Shown here: piece by piece, positions 28,024-39,261 of the stretch
Layout of the letters: every line of letters begins with the position of its first letter
Numbering within the stretch: position 1 is the first letter of the stretch
Source: Alphaproteobacteria bacterium
GTDB taxonomy: Bacteria > Pseudomonadota > Alphaproteobacteria > SP197
NCBI GenBank assembly: GCA_964291265.2
Contig: OZ219747.1
Span: 928,001 to 992,000, forward strand
Length of the DNA: 64,000 nt
Direction of reading: 5' to 3'
The notes under the pieces: generated by a model
Database searches by the model: none
What the model was told of the DNA's origin: nothing
What the model saw: the letters and a program-made list of their open reading frames with translations, nothing else
Translations under genes and position numbers: made by a program

Positions 28024-29690
28024 ATGACGAATCGCGGACACGCCGTTCGGGCGCACCTGTCGTTGGTCGAAGGACCGGATGGTCCATCGTCTGTTCCTCC
28101 TGACACAGAGCCTTGCGAGGCGCCGGATTGGCCGTCGCTGCTTGAACGTGAGCGCGCTCGGGCCGAAGCGGCCGAAGCGCGCGTAGAAGAGCTGCGGCTG
28201 GCGGAAATCGATGCCCGTTCCCGGGCCGGCAGCCTGCAGTGGCAGCTCGACGCGAGCCGGACCAGGTTGAAGGCGGCCGTCGAGGAGACGAAGCAGGTCC
28301 GCCGCACGGCGAAGGACGCCCTCTCCCTGGAGACCGAGGTCGCCCGTCTGACGAAGTTGCTTGCCGAGGCCGGCGTCGAGACCGGCAAGCGAGGTTCGGC
28401 CATCTCCCTGCGCCAGGACGTCCGCCGGCTGCGCAGGGACATCGATGCGCTGCGCGAGGAAAACAAGCGGCTGGGCAAGGAGGCCGCCCGGCTGGGCAGG
28501 GCGGAACGGAAGACCGAAACCCTGACGGCGACGGTCGCGTTGCTCCGCGAAGAGAACGCCGGATTGCGCAAGGCGGCACGGGCGGCGGAGGCCGGGAAGG
28601 CCACCATCGCAACGCTGCGCGACAAGAACACCGCGCTGCGGCTGCTTCGCAGGGCACAGACCGCGCTGGAGAAGGAGCTGGGGACGCTTCGCAACGCGCA
28701 GGCTGCCAAGCACATCATCGCGTCGGTAAGCGAGGAGAACGCCCGGCTTCGCACCGAGGCCCGGGACCTGAGGGCGGAAAGAACCGAGCTCGCCTCCCGC
28801 GTCGAGACGCTGGAGAAAACGGTTGCCGAGCTTCGCGCGACCCGCGCCGTCCTGTCGAAGGCGCTGTTCGGCAGCAAGAGCGAGCAGCAGGAGAAGCCGC
28901 GATCCAGACGTCAGCGCGGCCAGCAGCCCGGCGCCGCCGGCCATGGCCGGACCGACCGGCCCGAACTCGAGGAACGCACGGAAGAGCGCAATCCGCCGGC
29001 CGATGCCTGCGTCTGCGGAGAGTGCGGGCAGCCCTATGTGCAGAATGGCGCCGAGGAATCCACCCTCCTTGAGATCGAAGTCTGCGCCCACAAGCGCGTC
29101 ATCCGCCGCCCGCGCTGGCGCCGGACCTGCCAATGCGCGTCCTCGCCCAAGGAGGTGTCGGCGCCCCCGGCGCCGCGCCTGTTCCCCAGAACCCCCTACG
29201 GAACCACCGTGTGGGCGCGCTTCCTGTTCGAGCGCTACGCCTGCCTGCGGCCCATGAACCGGGTCGCGGTATGGCTGTCGGACCAGGGATTGCCGATCGC
29301 GGCCGGGACCCTGGGAGACAGCGTGCATCGCTTCGTGCCGCTGTTCGACCCGGTGACGCAGGCAATCATCGACCACCAGAACGAGGCCGCCGTGCGCCAT
29401 GGCGACGAGACGGGCTGGCGCATCCAGTCGCTGAGCGAGGCAGGCCGCTCCACCCGCGCCTGGCTGTGGACCTCGGTCAGCGCGGACGCGGTCTACTTCC
29501 ACATCGATCCCTCGCGCAGCGCCGAGGTCGCGAAGACGCTGTTCGGCGACGCCGGTTGCACCCTGTTCCTGGTCTGCGACCGCCACAGCGCCTACAAGAA
29601 GATGGCGCGCGAACTCGACGGCGCGGTCGTCCTCGCTTTGTGCTGGGTGCATCAGCGCCGCGACTTCATCAAGTGCGCCGCCGGCCATGT
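28024..29690 (+). pseudogene. IS66 transposase (third variant, long coiled-coil N-terminus), 3'-truncated
   Basis: LFGSKSE, CGECG, HGDETGW, CDRHSAY, CWVHQRR, then fused to an ISKra4 remnant. Confidence 0.85.
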
Positions 29691-30736
29691 GCCGGCACGC
29701 CGGTACCATCGAGACCGAGGTAGAGGGTGGGGGTATCGCCGAACTCGGGTTCGATGACGCGGTGTTCGTCGCCTGCTCTCTCACGTCCGAGAGCCTCGGC
29801 GTGGCGTTCCACCGTCTTCGGTGCGACGGCGAGGCCGGCCAACTCGCGCAACAGGGCGCTGGAGCCCTCGAAGCTGATCCTGGCGGCAGCGATGCCGATC
29901 ATGCGCAGCGACGCCGGCGACAGGAAGGTGTTCTCCATGCCAAGAGCGCGGTCGCGCGGGCTGAAGCCTGAGTGACAGCCGTCGCAGTGATACCAGGCCC
30001 GTTCCAGCGTCATCGGGCCCAAGGCGGTGATGAAGGTCTTGGGCCGGCGGCCGGCGAAGCGAGCTTTGCCGCCGCACCCGCACAGGCAGGGGCCCTGATC
30101 GTCGGAATGATCGGCGTTGAGCTTCGCGGCGACCGCCTGCCCCATGATCTGCCATGCCACCCGCCGGGCCTCAGTCTCGATCGCCTGGAAGTCGTCAAGC
30201 ACGCCGACACCGATCAGGCTCGCCGCTTCGCTGACGATCTCGTGGCGGACTTCCGGTTCGAGCGCCGCGACGAAGTGTTTTTTGGAATCGCCTTGATGGC
30301 GTCGAGTTGTGCGTCGCACATCCGGGTGCTGACCTCGAACAGTTCACGCATAAGAGCACGGGCGCGCTGATACTCGGCAATCTGCGCCTGGGTTTCCTCG
30401 ACCGCCTCGGCGGGGATGATCCGGGTTTGGGTCTTGCCCTCGACAGACCAGGTCAACGACCAGCTCGGTCCGTGACCGGGGTCTCCCTGGGCGGCACAGT
30501 GGCAGGTGGGCTTGCCGCACTTGCGGAAACGCGGCGTCAGCGAGCCGGGGCGCAGGTCGCCAAGGTCGGCAAGCTGGTTCTGGATGTCGCGGCGCCTGAG
30601 GTTGAGCTCGGACAATTCGGGGGGGCAGTGTCATCGGGGCCTCCATACTGACTGCCTAATACACTGTCAGAACAATACCTAAAAACGACCGCAGACCGCA
30701 CGCTTTGTTCAAATCTCACAATCCCGACGTACACCC
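29690..30736 (-). mobile_element. ISKra4-family element, left part only
   Basis: Terminus GGGTGTACGTCGGGATTGTGAGAT at 30736. Transposase fragment (CGCG, RAWYHC..C, LYLGLDGTGVP) truncated at ~29690. Confidence 0.75.
30214..30615 (-). CDS. DUF6788-like accessory protein of ISKra4
   Basis: LRPGSL...RKCGKPTCHC...HGP motif upstream of the transposase. Confidence 0.65.
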   Translation of the reverse strand: MSELNLRRRDIQNQLADLGDLRPGSLTPRFRKCGKPTCHCAAQGDPGHGPSWSLTWSVEGKTQTRIIPAEAVEETQAQIAEYQRARALMRELFEVSTRMCDAQLDAIKAIPKNTSSRRSNRKSATRSSAKRRA

Positions 30737-31285
30737 GACGCCGATCCGCCGCTTGAGGGCTGCAATGAGATCTTCGAGATTCTGCGTGCGATGTCCTTCT
30801 ACAACAACTTCATTGACCATTACGAGAACCGGCCCGAGTTGCTCGGACCCAACCTGGTCGCCAACATGGAACAGGCGTTCGGCTATTCCTTCGCTGATGC
30901 AGCCTTCGCGCTGGCCCGGCAGACCCGGCTCTACCGCGATTTCCTCGACTTCATGGAGGAGTTCGACATCCTCCTGTCTCCGACCGCGGCCGTGCCGCCT
31001 TTCCCCGTCGAACAACTCTACCCGACCCACATCGACGGCGAGGAACTGAGGAGCTATTTCCACTGGCTGGGCCTCACCTACGGCGTTACCCTGACCGCGC
31101 ATCCGGCAGTGACGTTGCCATGTGGTCTCGACCCGACCGGCGCGCCCTTCGGGTTGCAGATCTCGGGCAAACGTCATGGCGACCGCCAGTTGCTCGGCGT
31201 TGCTGCGGCGCTTGAGCGCCACATGGCCGACAACCTGCCCGGCCGGCGCAGGCCGCATCCGAGACTCGTGGACCTGATGGCATAG
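30737..31285 (+). pseudogene. Amidase, C-terminal part, truncated by ISKra4
   Basis: DILLSPT, HPAVTLPCG, PFGLQI, DRQLL amidase C-terminal motifs; frame open back to the IS end. Confidence 0.8.
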
Positions 31286-31664
31286 CGACAGCGCCGGAAG
31301 AGGCGTCCGGGCGCCTCCCTTCGTGCCGGTCGTGCAGGCGTTGACGCGCGCTTCCCGCCGGACATGGCGCTTGTCGCGGGTTTCGCTGCCGATAACTCAT
31401 ACCAATACCGTCACCGGTACGACGAAGACCGTTGTCGGAATGCATGCGGCAGAAGGGCTCAAGCGGCGTTGCCGAACAAGAGATCGGACAATGGTCGAGG
31501 CCAGTGGTCGGCTGCCTGAAGCAGGTGTTCCCTTGCGGCCGAAACACCTGTGGGGCATGGGCAGCCCTGCCGGTCGCCACCCGAATGCCGCTTGTGATCG
31601 CAGTGTCGTCGGTGAAGGGTCTCACCCTGCCGTTCGAGCCATTGCTGCGTCCGGCTGTGCCGGC

Positions 31665-32899
31665 CTACAGCAGCGCCGTCTCGAACGGCATGTCGGAGAG
31701 GAGCTCGATGCCGTCCTCTTTCACCAGAACCTGCTGTTCGAGCTTGACGCCCTCCTTCCCCCGGGCTTGCCGGCGTAGCTTTCGATGCAGAGGACCATGC
31801 CCGCCTCGACCATGCCCTCGTGTCCTCTCTCCCCGTGGCGGGAGGCATGGAGGACGATCGGGTACTCGTTGACGAGGCCGACGCCGTGGGCGACAGCCGG
31901 TATCTGGTACTCCGAGAACCCCCCGGCAGGGCGAAGGCCCTGCCGGCGATCTCGCCGAAGGTCGTCCCTGGACGGAAGAGCTCCTGATTGCGCATCACCT
32001 GTTCGAAGGCAAGGCCGTAGAGAGTCCTTTGCTCTCCCGATGGCGGCTTGCCGTCGACGATCCAGCTGCGCGAGATGTCCGCCGAATAGCCCATCGGACC
32101 GACGAGGTCGGAATCCAGGCTCACCATGTCGCCAGCCTCGACGCGTCGGTTCGATGCTTCCTGGTACCAGAGGTTGGTGCGTGGGCCGGAACTGAAGAGC
32201 CTCGTCTCGATCCACTCCCCACCCAGGCGGATGTTGGTTTCGTGAAGGACTGACCGGATCGCGTTCTCGGTCATGCCTGACCGTGTGGCTTCCATCATGC
32301 GGGCGATGCCGGTCTGGCAGACCGCAACCGCATCGCGCAGGGCGTCGACCTCTTCAGGTGTCTTGATGCGGCGCGCACGCTCCGCCACCTCGCGGCCGTC
32401 AACCACCGGGCATCCCGTTTCCCGAAGGCGATCCAGGTCCCTGGGGGTCCACACGGTCAATGGCCATTCGCCCGTTGCCGCCACCGTGGATCGCCACCAG
32501 GTCGAGCATTTCCGCTGCCCAGAGACCGGCCGCGTCACCGGTCGTCGGGCCCGAGACGCTGAAGTACCACGGGACGGCATCGCGAACCTCGTTCACGGCA
32601 ACGCAGTTCCTCGAAAGATGCCCGCACCCCCTGAACTCGAAGAGCACCACGGGCCCCTCCACGGGCACGATGACATACCGGCAGGGATTGTGAAGGGCCT
32701 AGACCTGCATGTTCGAGGTGCCGGTGGCATAGCGGATGTTGACCGGGTCATAGAAGAGACCGGCCCCGCAATCGGCCCGTGCGATCTCGCTTCTCAAGCG
32801 GGCGAGCCTGCCGAGATCCAGGCGCTCGCGCCATTCCTGTCCCCGGTCCGGCAAAGGGTCGGCGCCCGTCGCCGGGACGGTTGTCGGGGTGTCGTTCAT
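31665..32899 (-). pseudogene. M24 peptidase-fold protein, DddP (DMSP lyase)-like; disrupted
   Basis: DPVNIRYATGTSNMQV*ALHN (TAG at 32699), GGEWIETRL, SGPRTN, DSDLVG, ADISR, HGVG. Several frameshifts. Confidence 0.72.
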
Positions 32900-33062
32900 G
32901 GCGACCATCAAGCATGTCCCGGGCCGTCGCGCAACTCTGCTTCGTGTCCGGCTGCGCCGGCGCCGGGTCCGGGGTGGCGGGAGACCGTCAACCGGTGCTA
33001 TGGAGACCGTGCCTCCGGGGATGTCCGGAGCGTGTCCTGGAGAACAAGGGAGACCTGAAGCC

Positions 33063-34367
33063 ATGGCTGACACAAGGGACGCCATCGTGATCGGAGCGGG
33101 GATCATCGGCGCCAGCACGGCGCGTGAACTTGCCGCGCGGGACATGGATGTCCTGTCCATCGACCGGTTGCCGGCGGCCAGCTACGGCTCGACGGCCAAC
33201 TCCTGCGCCATCGTCCGCCCCTACTATTCCACGGTGCACGGATCGGCCATCGCCTACGAGAGCCATTTCTACTGGTCCGACTGGGAGAACTACTGCGGGG
33301 TGGTCGATGAACGCGGCATGGCGCGATACCACGATGTCGGCTGCATGATCATGAAGACGCGGCAGAACGACTTTCTCCAGAACATCCTCAAGGTCATGGA
33401 CGAGATCGGCTGCCCCTACCAGGAACTCACGCCCGAGGAGGTCTGCCAGCGCATGCCGTCCGTGTCGACGGCGTGTTTCGGTGAACCGCGCCGCACCGAT
33501 GATCCGGAATTCGGCGAGTCCCTTGGCCGCGAGATCGTCGGCGCCGCCTATTTCCCGCGCGGCGGCTATATCTCGGACCCGCAACTTGCCGGACACAACG
33601 TCCAGAGAGCCGCGGAAATGCGCGGCGCATCGTTCCGCTTCAATGCCACCGTCGCCGCCATCCGCCGCGACAACGGACGCGTGAAGGGCGTCACCCTCGA
33701 CAATGGCGAGGAGATCGATGCCCCCGTGGTGGTCAACGTCGCCGGCCCGCACTCGTCGAAGGTCAACGAGATGGCGGGTCTTGCCGGCACCATGCGCATC
33801 ACGACGCGCGCCCTGCGCCACGAGGTCGCCCACGTTCCGGCGCCGGACGACTACGATTCCCGTGTCAGTCATGTCTTTTCGGATAGCGAGATCGGCACCT
33901 ATTGCCGCCCCGAGACGGGCCACCACATCCTCATCGGCAGCGAGGATCCGGCCTGCGACGACAGGGAATGGGTTGACCCCGATGACTATCTCCAGGAATT
34001 CACGGGCATGTGGACAACCCTTGTCATGCGCCAGGCGCAACGCTTTCCGGGACTGAAGATTCCGGGTTCCGCGGCGCGGGGCGCGGTCGACCTCTATGAT
34101 GTCACCGAGGACTGGGGCCCCATCTACGACAGGTCGGACCTTGGCGGCTTCTACCTGGCGATCGGCACCAGCGGCAACCAGTTCAAGAACGCACCCATCG
34201 CCGGCGAGATGATGGCGACCCTGATCGCCGCCTGCGAGGGAGGCCAGGATCATGATGTCGAGCCGGTGAGCTTCCATCTGCCGCACATCGATCGCGACAT
34301 CGACATGTCCTTCTTCTCGCGCAATCGGGAGATCAACCAGGACAGTTCCTTCTCCGTTCTGGGATAG
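33063..34367 (+). CDS. FAD-dependent oxidoreductase (DAO/sarcosine oxidase beta-like)
   Basis: IGAGIIG, VNVAGP, YDVTEDWGPIYD, GTSGNQFK. Confidence 0.85.
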   Translation: MADTRDAIVIGAGIIGASTARELAARDMDVLSIDRLPAASYGSTANSCAIVRPYYSTVHGSAIAYESHFYWSDWENYCGVVDERGMARYHDVGCMIMKTRQNDFLQNILKVMDEIGCPYQELTPEEVCQRMPSVSTACFGEPRRTDDPEFGESLGREIVGAAYFPRGGYISDPQLAGHNVQRAAEMRGASFRFNATVAAIRRDNGRVKGVTLDNGEEIDAPVVVNVAGPHSSKVNEMAGLAGTMRITTRALRHEVAHVPAPDDYDSRVSHVFSDSEIGTYCRPETGHHILIGSEDPACDDREWVDPDDYLQEFTGMWTTLVMRQAQRFPGLKIPGSAARGAVDLYDVTEDWGPIYDRSDLGGFYLAIGTSGNQFKNAPIAGEMMATLIAACEGGQDHDVEPVSFHLPHIDRDIDMSFFSRNREINQDSSFSVLG

Positions 34368-34374
34368 CAGCGCG

Positions 34375-36789
34375 ATGCGCTCCCACGTGCGTGTGGCCGT
34401 CATCGGCGGCGGCGTTGTCGGATGCAGTGTCCTCTACCACCTGACGAAGTTCGGCTGGACCGATGTCATGCTCATCGAGCGCTCGGACCTGACATCGGGC
34501 TCGACGTGGCATGCGGCGGGCGGCTTCCACACGTTGAACGCCGATCCCAACATCGCGGCCCTGCAGGGCTACACCATCCGCCTCTATCGCGAACTCGAGG
34601 AGATCACGGGCCTGTCCTGCGGTCTTCACCATGTCGGCGGCCTGACCATTGCCGAAACACCCGACAGGATGGACTTCCTCAAGGCCGAACGGGCCAGGCA
34701 CCGTCACATGGGGCTCGAAACCGAGATCGTCGGCCCGGGCGACATTGCTCAATTCACCCCCATCATCAATGCGAAGGGTCTCCTCGGCGCACTCTGGGAC
34801 CCTCTCGACGGACACCTTGACCCTTCCGGAACCACCCATGCCTATGCCCGCGCGGCGCGCATGGCCGGGGCCGACATCTCGCTCCACAACCGCGTGCTCG
34901 AACTGCACCGGAAGAGAGATGGCAGGTGGGATGTCGTCACCGAGAAGGGGTCCGTCGTTGCCGAGCATGTCGTCAACGCCGCCGGACTGTGGGCCCGCGA
35001 AGTGGGCATGATGGCGGGTGTCCGCCTGCCTCTCCACCCGCTCGAGCACCAGTACCTCGTCACCGGCGACATTCCGGAAGTCCACGGGCATGGGAAGGAA
35101 CTTCCCCATGTCATGGACCCCGCCGGTGAAAGCTACCTCAGGCAGGAGGGCCGGGGTCTCGTCATCGGCATCTACGAGCAGGCGTGCCGGCACTGGGCCG
35201 TCGACGGCACGTCCTGGGACTTCGGGCACGAACTCCTTGCCGACGATGTCGACCGCATTGCCGGACCGCTGGAAACCGCCTACCGGCGTTATCCCGTGCT
35301 GCAGTCTGCCGGAATCAAGCGCATCATCAACGGTCCCTTCACCTTCGCTCCCGATGGCAATCCACTTGTGGGGAGGGTTCCGGGCCTGGACGGGTACTGG
35401 GCCTGCTGCGCCGTCATGGCCGGGTTCAGCCAGGCCGGAGGCGTCGGACTGGCCCTCGCCGAATGGATGATCGAGGGCGAGCCGTCACGGGACATCTTCG
35501 CCATGGACGTGGCGCGTTTCGGAGACTGGACGACGCCGGCCTGGACCCGTGCGAAGACACGCGAGAACTACCAGAGGCGCTTCGCCATCGCCTATCCCAA
35601 CGAGGAACTTCCTGCCGGGCGCCCCTTCCACACGACGCCGGCCCATGCCGTATGGCAGGAGCGCCGCGCCGTCTTTGGCAGCGCCTTCGGCATGGAACAT
35701 GTCAACTACTTCGCACTGCCGGGTGAGCCGCTCTGGGAGACACCGAGTTTTCGCCGCTCCAATGCCTTTGCCGCGACGGCCCGTGAGTGCCGGGGCGTTC
35801 GCGAGGGCGTGGGCATCAACGAGATCCACAATTTCTCGAAGTTCCGCATCGAGGGGGAGGGCGCCGCGGCCTGGCTCGACGGCATCATGGCCGGGCGCGT
35901 ACCGAAGGAGGGACGACTCACGCTGTCGCCGCTTCTCAACAAGCGTGGCCGCCTGGCGGGAGACTTCACCATCGCGAGCGACGGGCCGGAGAGTTTCAGG
36001 GTGCAGGCGAGCTACGTGGCGCAGGATGCCCACATGCGCCTCTTTCTCGATCTCCTGCCCGGGAACGGGGTGACGGTCACCAACATCTCGCGGGCTCTCG
36101 TCGGATTCCAGATTGCCGGACCACGCGCCCGCGACCTTCTTCAGCGCACCACGGATGCCGATGTGTCTGGAAACGCCATGCCCTTCCGCGCTGTCCGCCA
36201 CATCACCGTCGGCGAGGTCGCGGCCACCGTGCAGAGAGTGAGCTACACCGGGGATCTCGGCTACGAGATCTACGTGCCCATCGCCTTGCAGAATGCCCTC
36301 TTCGAGACACTCCTGGGCGAAGGCGCCGGTCTCGGTCTGGCGCCCTTCGGCATGCGCGCCATGATGAGTCTGCGCCTGGAGAAATCCTTCGGTTCGTGGC
36401 TGCGCGAATACCGGCCCGACTACACCGCCGCCGAGACCGGGCTCGATCGCTTCATCGCCTTCGACAAGCAGGACTTCCCTGGCCGTGACGTGGCCTTGAG
36501 GGAGGCGGCGGAAGGAACCGGCAGGCGCCTTGTGACGTTCGTCGTCGATGCCGCCGATGCCGACTGCGTCGCCGATGAACCGGTGTGGAGGGACGGGGAA
36601 GTCGTCGGTTTCGTCACGTCGGGGGGATACGCCCACCACGTGGAGAAGTCCGTGGCCCTGGGTTTCGTGCCGGTCGACATGACGGAGGCGGGCGGCGAAT
36701 TCCTGATCGAGATCCTGGGCGACAGGCGCCGTGCCGTCATCGTTGAGGCGCCGCTCTTCGATCCGTCCGGTTCACGCATGCGCATGTAG
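34375..36789 (+). CDS. Dimethylglycine/sarcosine dehydrogenase-like (FAD plus GcvT domains)
   Basis: IGGGVVG, LTSGSTWHAAG, NGPFTFAPDG, SYTGDLGYE, SLRLEK. Confidence 0.9.
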   Translation: MRSHVRVAVIGGGVVGCSVLYHLTKFGWTDVMLIERSDLTSGSTWHAAGGFHTLNADPNIAALQGYTIRLYRELEEITGLSCGLHHVGGLTIAETPDRMDFLKAERARHRHMGLETEIVGPGDIAQFTPIINAKGLLGALWDPLDGHLDPSGTTHAYARAARMAGADISLHNRVLELHRKRDGRWDVVTEKGSVVAEHVVNAAGLWAREVGMMAGVRLPLHPLEHQYLVTGDIPEVHGHGKELPHVMDPAGESYLRQEGRGLVIGIYEQACRHWAVDGTSWDFGHELLADDVDRIAGPLETAYRRYPVLQSAGIKRIINGPFTFAPDGNPLVGRVPGLDGYWACCAVMAGFSQAGGVGLALAEWMIEGEPSRDIFAMDVARFGDWTTPAWTRAKTRENYQRRFAIAYPNEELPAGRPFHTTPAHAVWQERRAVFGSAFGMEHVNYFALPGEPLWETPSFRRSNAFAATARECRGVREGVGINEIHNFSKFRIEGEGAAAWLDGIMAGRVPKEGRLTLSPLLNKRGRLAGDFTIASDGPESFRVQASYVAQDAHMRLFLDLLPGNGVTVTNISRALVGFQIAGPRARDLLQRTTDADVSGNAMPFRAVRHITVGEVAATVQRVSYTGDLGYEIYVPIALQNALFETLLGEGAGLGLAPFGMRAMMSLRLEKSFGSWLREYRPDYTAAETGLDRFIAFDKQDFPGRDVALREAAEGTGRRLVTFVVDAADADCVADEPVWRDGEVVGFVTSGGYAHHVEKSVALGFVPVDMTEAGGEFLIEILGDRRRAVIVEAPLFDPSGSRMRM

Positions 36790-36881
36790 GCCTTCCCGGC
36801 AATACAACTTTACACAAGGGCAACAGTCGGGACATGGACGGCGTTCACGATGAGTCCCCTCACCGGAACAGGGATCGATCC

Positions 36882-37340
36882 ATGACCGACATGTCTCACA
36901 AGCCCCGTCACCGCCGCTGGTGGATCGCCGGAGGCATTGCCCTTGCCGTCATCGTGGCCGCGTGCATCGTCTCCTTCGCGTTCCATGGCCATGGCCACGG
37001 CATTGAACGGTTTGCGGAGAAACGCATTGATCGCATGCTGGACAGGGTCGATGCGAGCGATGATCAGCGCGCGGAGATCGCCGGAATCGTCCAGGAGGCG
37101 GTTGCCGACATGAAGGAACTGCGAGGCCTCGTCCGCGAGACCCGGCAGACGCTCATCACGACTCTCGCAGAGGCGAACGTCGACCGCCGGGCGCTGGAGG
37201 AGCTGCGCCGGCAGAGACTGAAAACCATGGATCAGGTGAGCGGGCGTCTCCTCATCGCCCTTGCCGACGTGGCGGAGGTCCTGACCCCCGAACAGCGCCG
37301 CATGCTGGCCGAGCACATGCAGCGCCACGAGCGCCGATGA
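36882..37340 (+). CDS. Spy/CpxP-family periplasmic protein
   Basis: N-terminal hydrophobic segment; SDDQR and LTPEQR (LTxxQ) motifs. Confidence 0.8.
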   Translation: MTDMSHKPRHRRWWIAGGIALAVIVAACIVSFAFHGHGHGIERFAEKRIDRMLDRVDASDDQRAEIAGIVQEAVADMKELRGLVRETRQTLITTLAEANVDRRALEELRRQRLKTMDQVSGRLLIALADVAEVLTPEQRRMLAEHMQRHERR

Positions 37341-38023
37341 CCCACCTGCTGATGATCGAGGATGACCGGGACCTCGCCGGGATGGTGACGGTCTATCTTG
37401 ACCGGGTGGGCATGACCCTGGAGCACCAGGCCAGCGCTGCCGGGGGCCTTGCCGCCGCAGCAAGGGGCGGGTTCGATGTGGTCATCCTCGATCTCATGCT
37501 TCCCGATGGCGACGGACTCGACGTGTGCCGGGCCATCCGGGCGCGTTCGGACGTTCCCCTCCTGATGCTGACAGCCCGTGGCGCCGAAGAGGACCGTATC
37601 GTCGGCCTCGAGATCGGCGCCGATGACTACCTCGCCAAGCCCTTCAATCCGCGCGAACTCCTGGCGCGCTTGCGCGCCATCCTTCGCCGGCGCACGTCGG
37701 CTCCCGACATCATGCGGTTTGGCCGCCTGGTGATCGACCGGTCGATGCGCCGGGTGACCCTCGACGGCGAGGAGCGGACCCTGACGGGCCACCAGTTCGA
37801 CCTGCTCCTCGCCCTGGCAGAGAATGCGGGACGCGTTCTCAGCCGTGATCAGCTCATGGAAAGGGTGCGAGGTACCTCTCTCGAGGCCTTTGACCGGAGC
37901 ATCGACGTGCACGTCTCGAGAATCAGGGCGGTGATCGAGGATGATCCGGGGGACCCGCGGCGAATCGTCACCCTGCGGGGCGCCGGGTATCTCTTCACCG
38001 GCCGGCGGGACGAAGCGGGGTGA
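37337..38023 (+). CDS. OmpR-family response regulator
   Basis: IEDD, LDLMLP, GADDYLAKPF, RSIDVHVSRIR. Confidence 0.93.
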   Translation: MTHLLMIEDDRDLAGMVTVYLDRVGMTLEHQASAAGGLAAAARGGFDVVILDLMLPDGDGLDVCRAIRARSDVPLLMLTARGAEEDRIVGLEIGADDYLAKPFNPRELLARLRAILRRRTSAPDIMRFGRLVIDRSMRRVTLDGEERTLTGHQFDLLLALAENAGRVLSRDQLMERVRGTSLEAFDRSIDVHVSRIRAVIEDDPGDPRRIVTLRGAGYLFTGRRDEAG

Positions 38024-39261
38024 GGCGGCGCCTCTTCTTCCAGGTCTATCTCACGTTCCTTGCCATCATCGTTCTCTTCGGCGTGCTGACGGCGCTTGCA
38101 TGGTGGTTCATCCCCGGCGATCGCCGGTCGGGCGAACTGGTCCGGAGCATGGGCGCCTATCTCGGGGAGGTCCTGCCGCAGGCCGGCGCGCCGCGGGACC
38201 GGGTCGATGCGCACCTTGCCAGGCTGGCAGGACACTTCGATGCCCGCTTTACCCTGCTTGCACCCGACGGCCGTATCCTGGGGAGTTCCGATCCCGGTCA
38301 TCCGGGGGAGACAGGTTGGCGCCACTCTCATGCCATCATGCTTCCCGACGGCCGGACCATCGAGGTCGACCGGGTGAGAGGAGATGGCATCGCCGGAGCC
38401 GGATTCCTCCTGGTCCCTGGACTTCTCGCCCTGGTTGCCGCCATCGGCGCCTGGCCCCTGTCACGCCGCCTCTCCGGGCGTCTCGAGCGGCTGAAATCGA
38501 GGGTCGAGGTTCTGGGTTCGGGCGACCTCTCTGCGCGTGTCAGGGTCGAGGGCCGGGACGAGATCGCCGCTCTGGCGACGAGCTTCAACCGGGCGGCGGG
38601 CCGTATCGAGGACCTGGTCGAGGCCCAGCGCAACACCCTTGCGGCGGCGTCCCATGAACTGCGCTCCCCATTGGCGAGGATCGCCGTGGCCGCAGGGCTG
38701 CTGGCCGACCATGCGGATCCTCGTCTTGTCGTCGGAATCGAGCGCGACATAGCGGAGCTCGATCATCTGATCGACGAGATTCTGCTCTGCAGCCGCCTCG
38801 AGATCGAGGAGGGTCAGGCCCGCCTCGACCAGATCGATCTCGGCGCGCTCGCCGCCGATGAGGCGGCCCGCTTCGAGGCCGCGTTCACCGGTGGCTCGGC
38901 CGTCATCGCCGCCGAGGAGCACCTGGTCCGTCATCTCGTGCGCATTCTCCTCGGCAACGCGCGGCGTCACGCCGCGGCAAGTCCGGTGAGCGTCGACGTG
39001 GCGTCTGACGGCCCATGGGTGCGCCTTCGTGTTGCCGACAGGGGTCCCGGAGTCAGCGAATCCAGGAGGGAGAGCATCTTCGAGCCGTTTCGCTCCTTCG
39101 CCGGCGAGGGCAAGGGAGCCGGTCTCGGTCTCTATCTGGTGCGGCGCATTGCGAGACGCTACGGTGGTGACGCAGTCTGCCTCGAGAGGTCAGGCGGCGG
39201 TGCGCTCTTCGAGGTGAGCATACCCCGGCCGGCTGTCGGGAGAGGGGAGCAGGGTCGATGA
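38020..39261 (+). CDS. HAMP-domain sensor histidine kinase
   Basis: Two TM helices, HAMP, SHELRSPL, NARRH, DRGPG, GLGL. Confidence 0.92.
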   Translation: MRRRLFFQVYLTFLAIIVLFGVLTALAWWFIPGDRRSGELVRSMGAYLGEVLPQAGAPRDRVDAHLARLAGHFDARFTLLAPDGRILGSSDPGHPGETGWRHSHAIMLPDGRTIEVDRVRGDGIAGAGFLLVPGLLALVAAIGAWPLSRRLSGRLERLKSRVEVLGSGDLSARVRVEGRDEIAALATSFNRAAGRIEDLVEAQRNTLAAASHELRSPLARIAVAAGLLADHADPRLVVGIERDIAELDHLIDEILLCSRLEIEEGQARLDQIDLGALAADEAARFEAAFTGGSAVIAAEEHLVRHLVRILLGNARRHAAASPVSVDVASDGPWVRLRVADRGPGVSESRRESIFEPFRSFAGEGKGAGLGLYLVRRIARRYGGDAVCLERSGGGALFEVSIPRPAVGRGEQGR

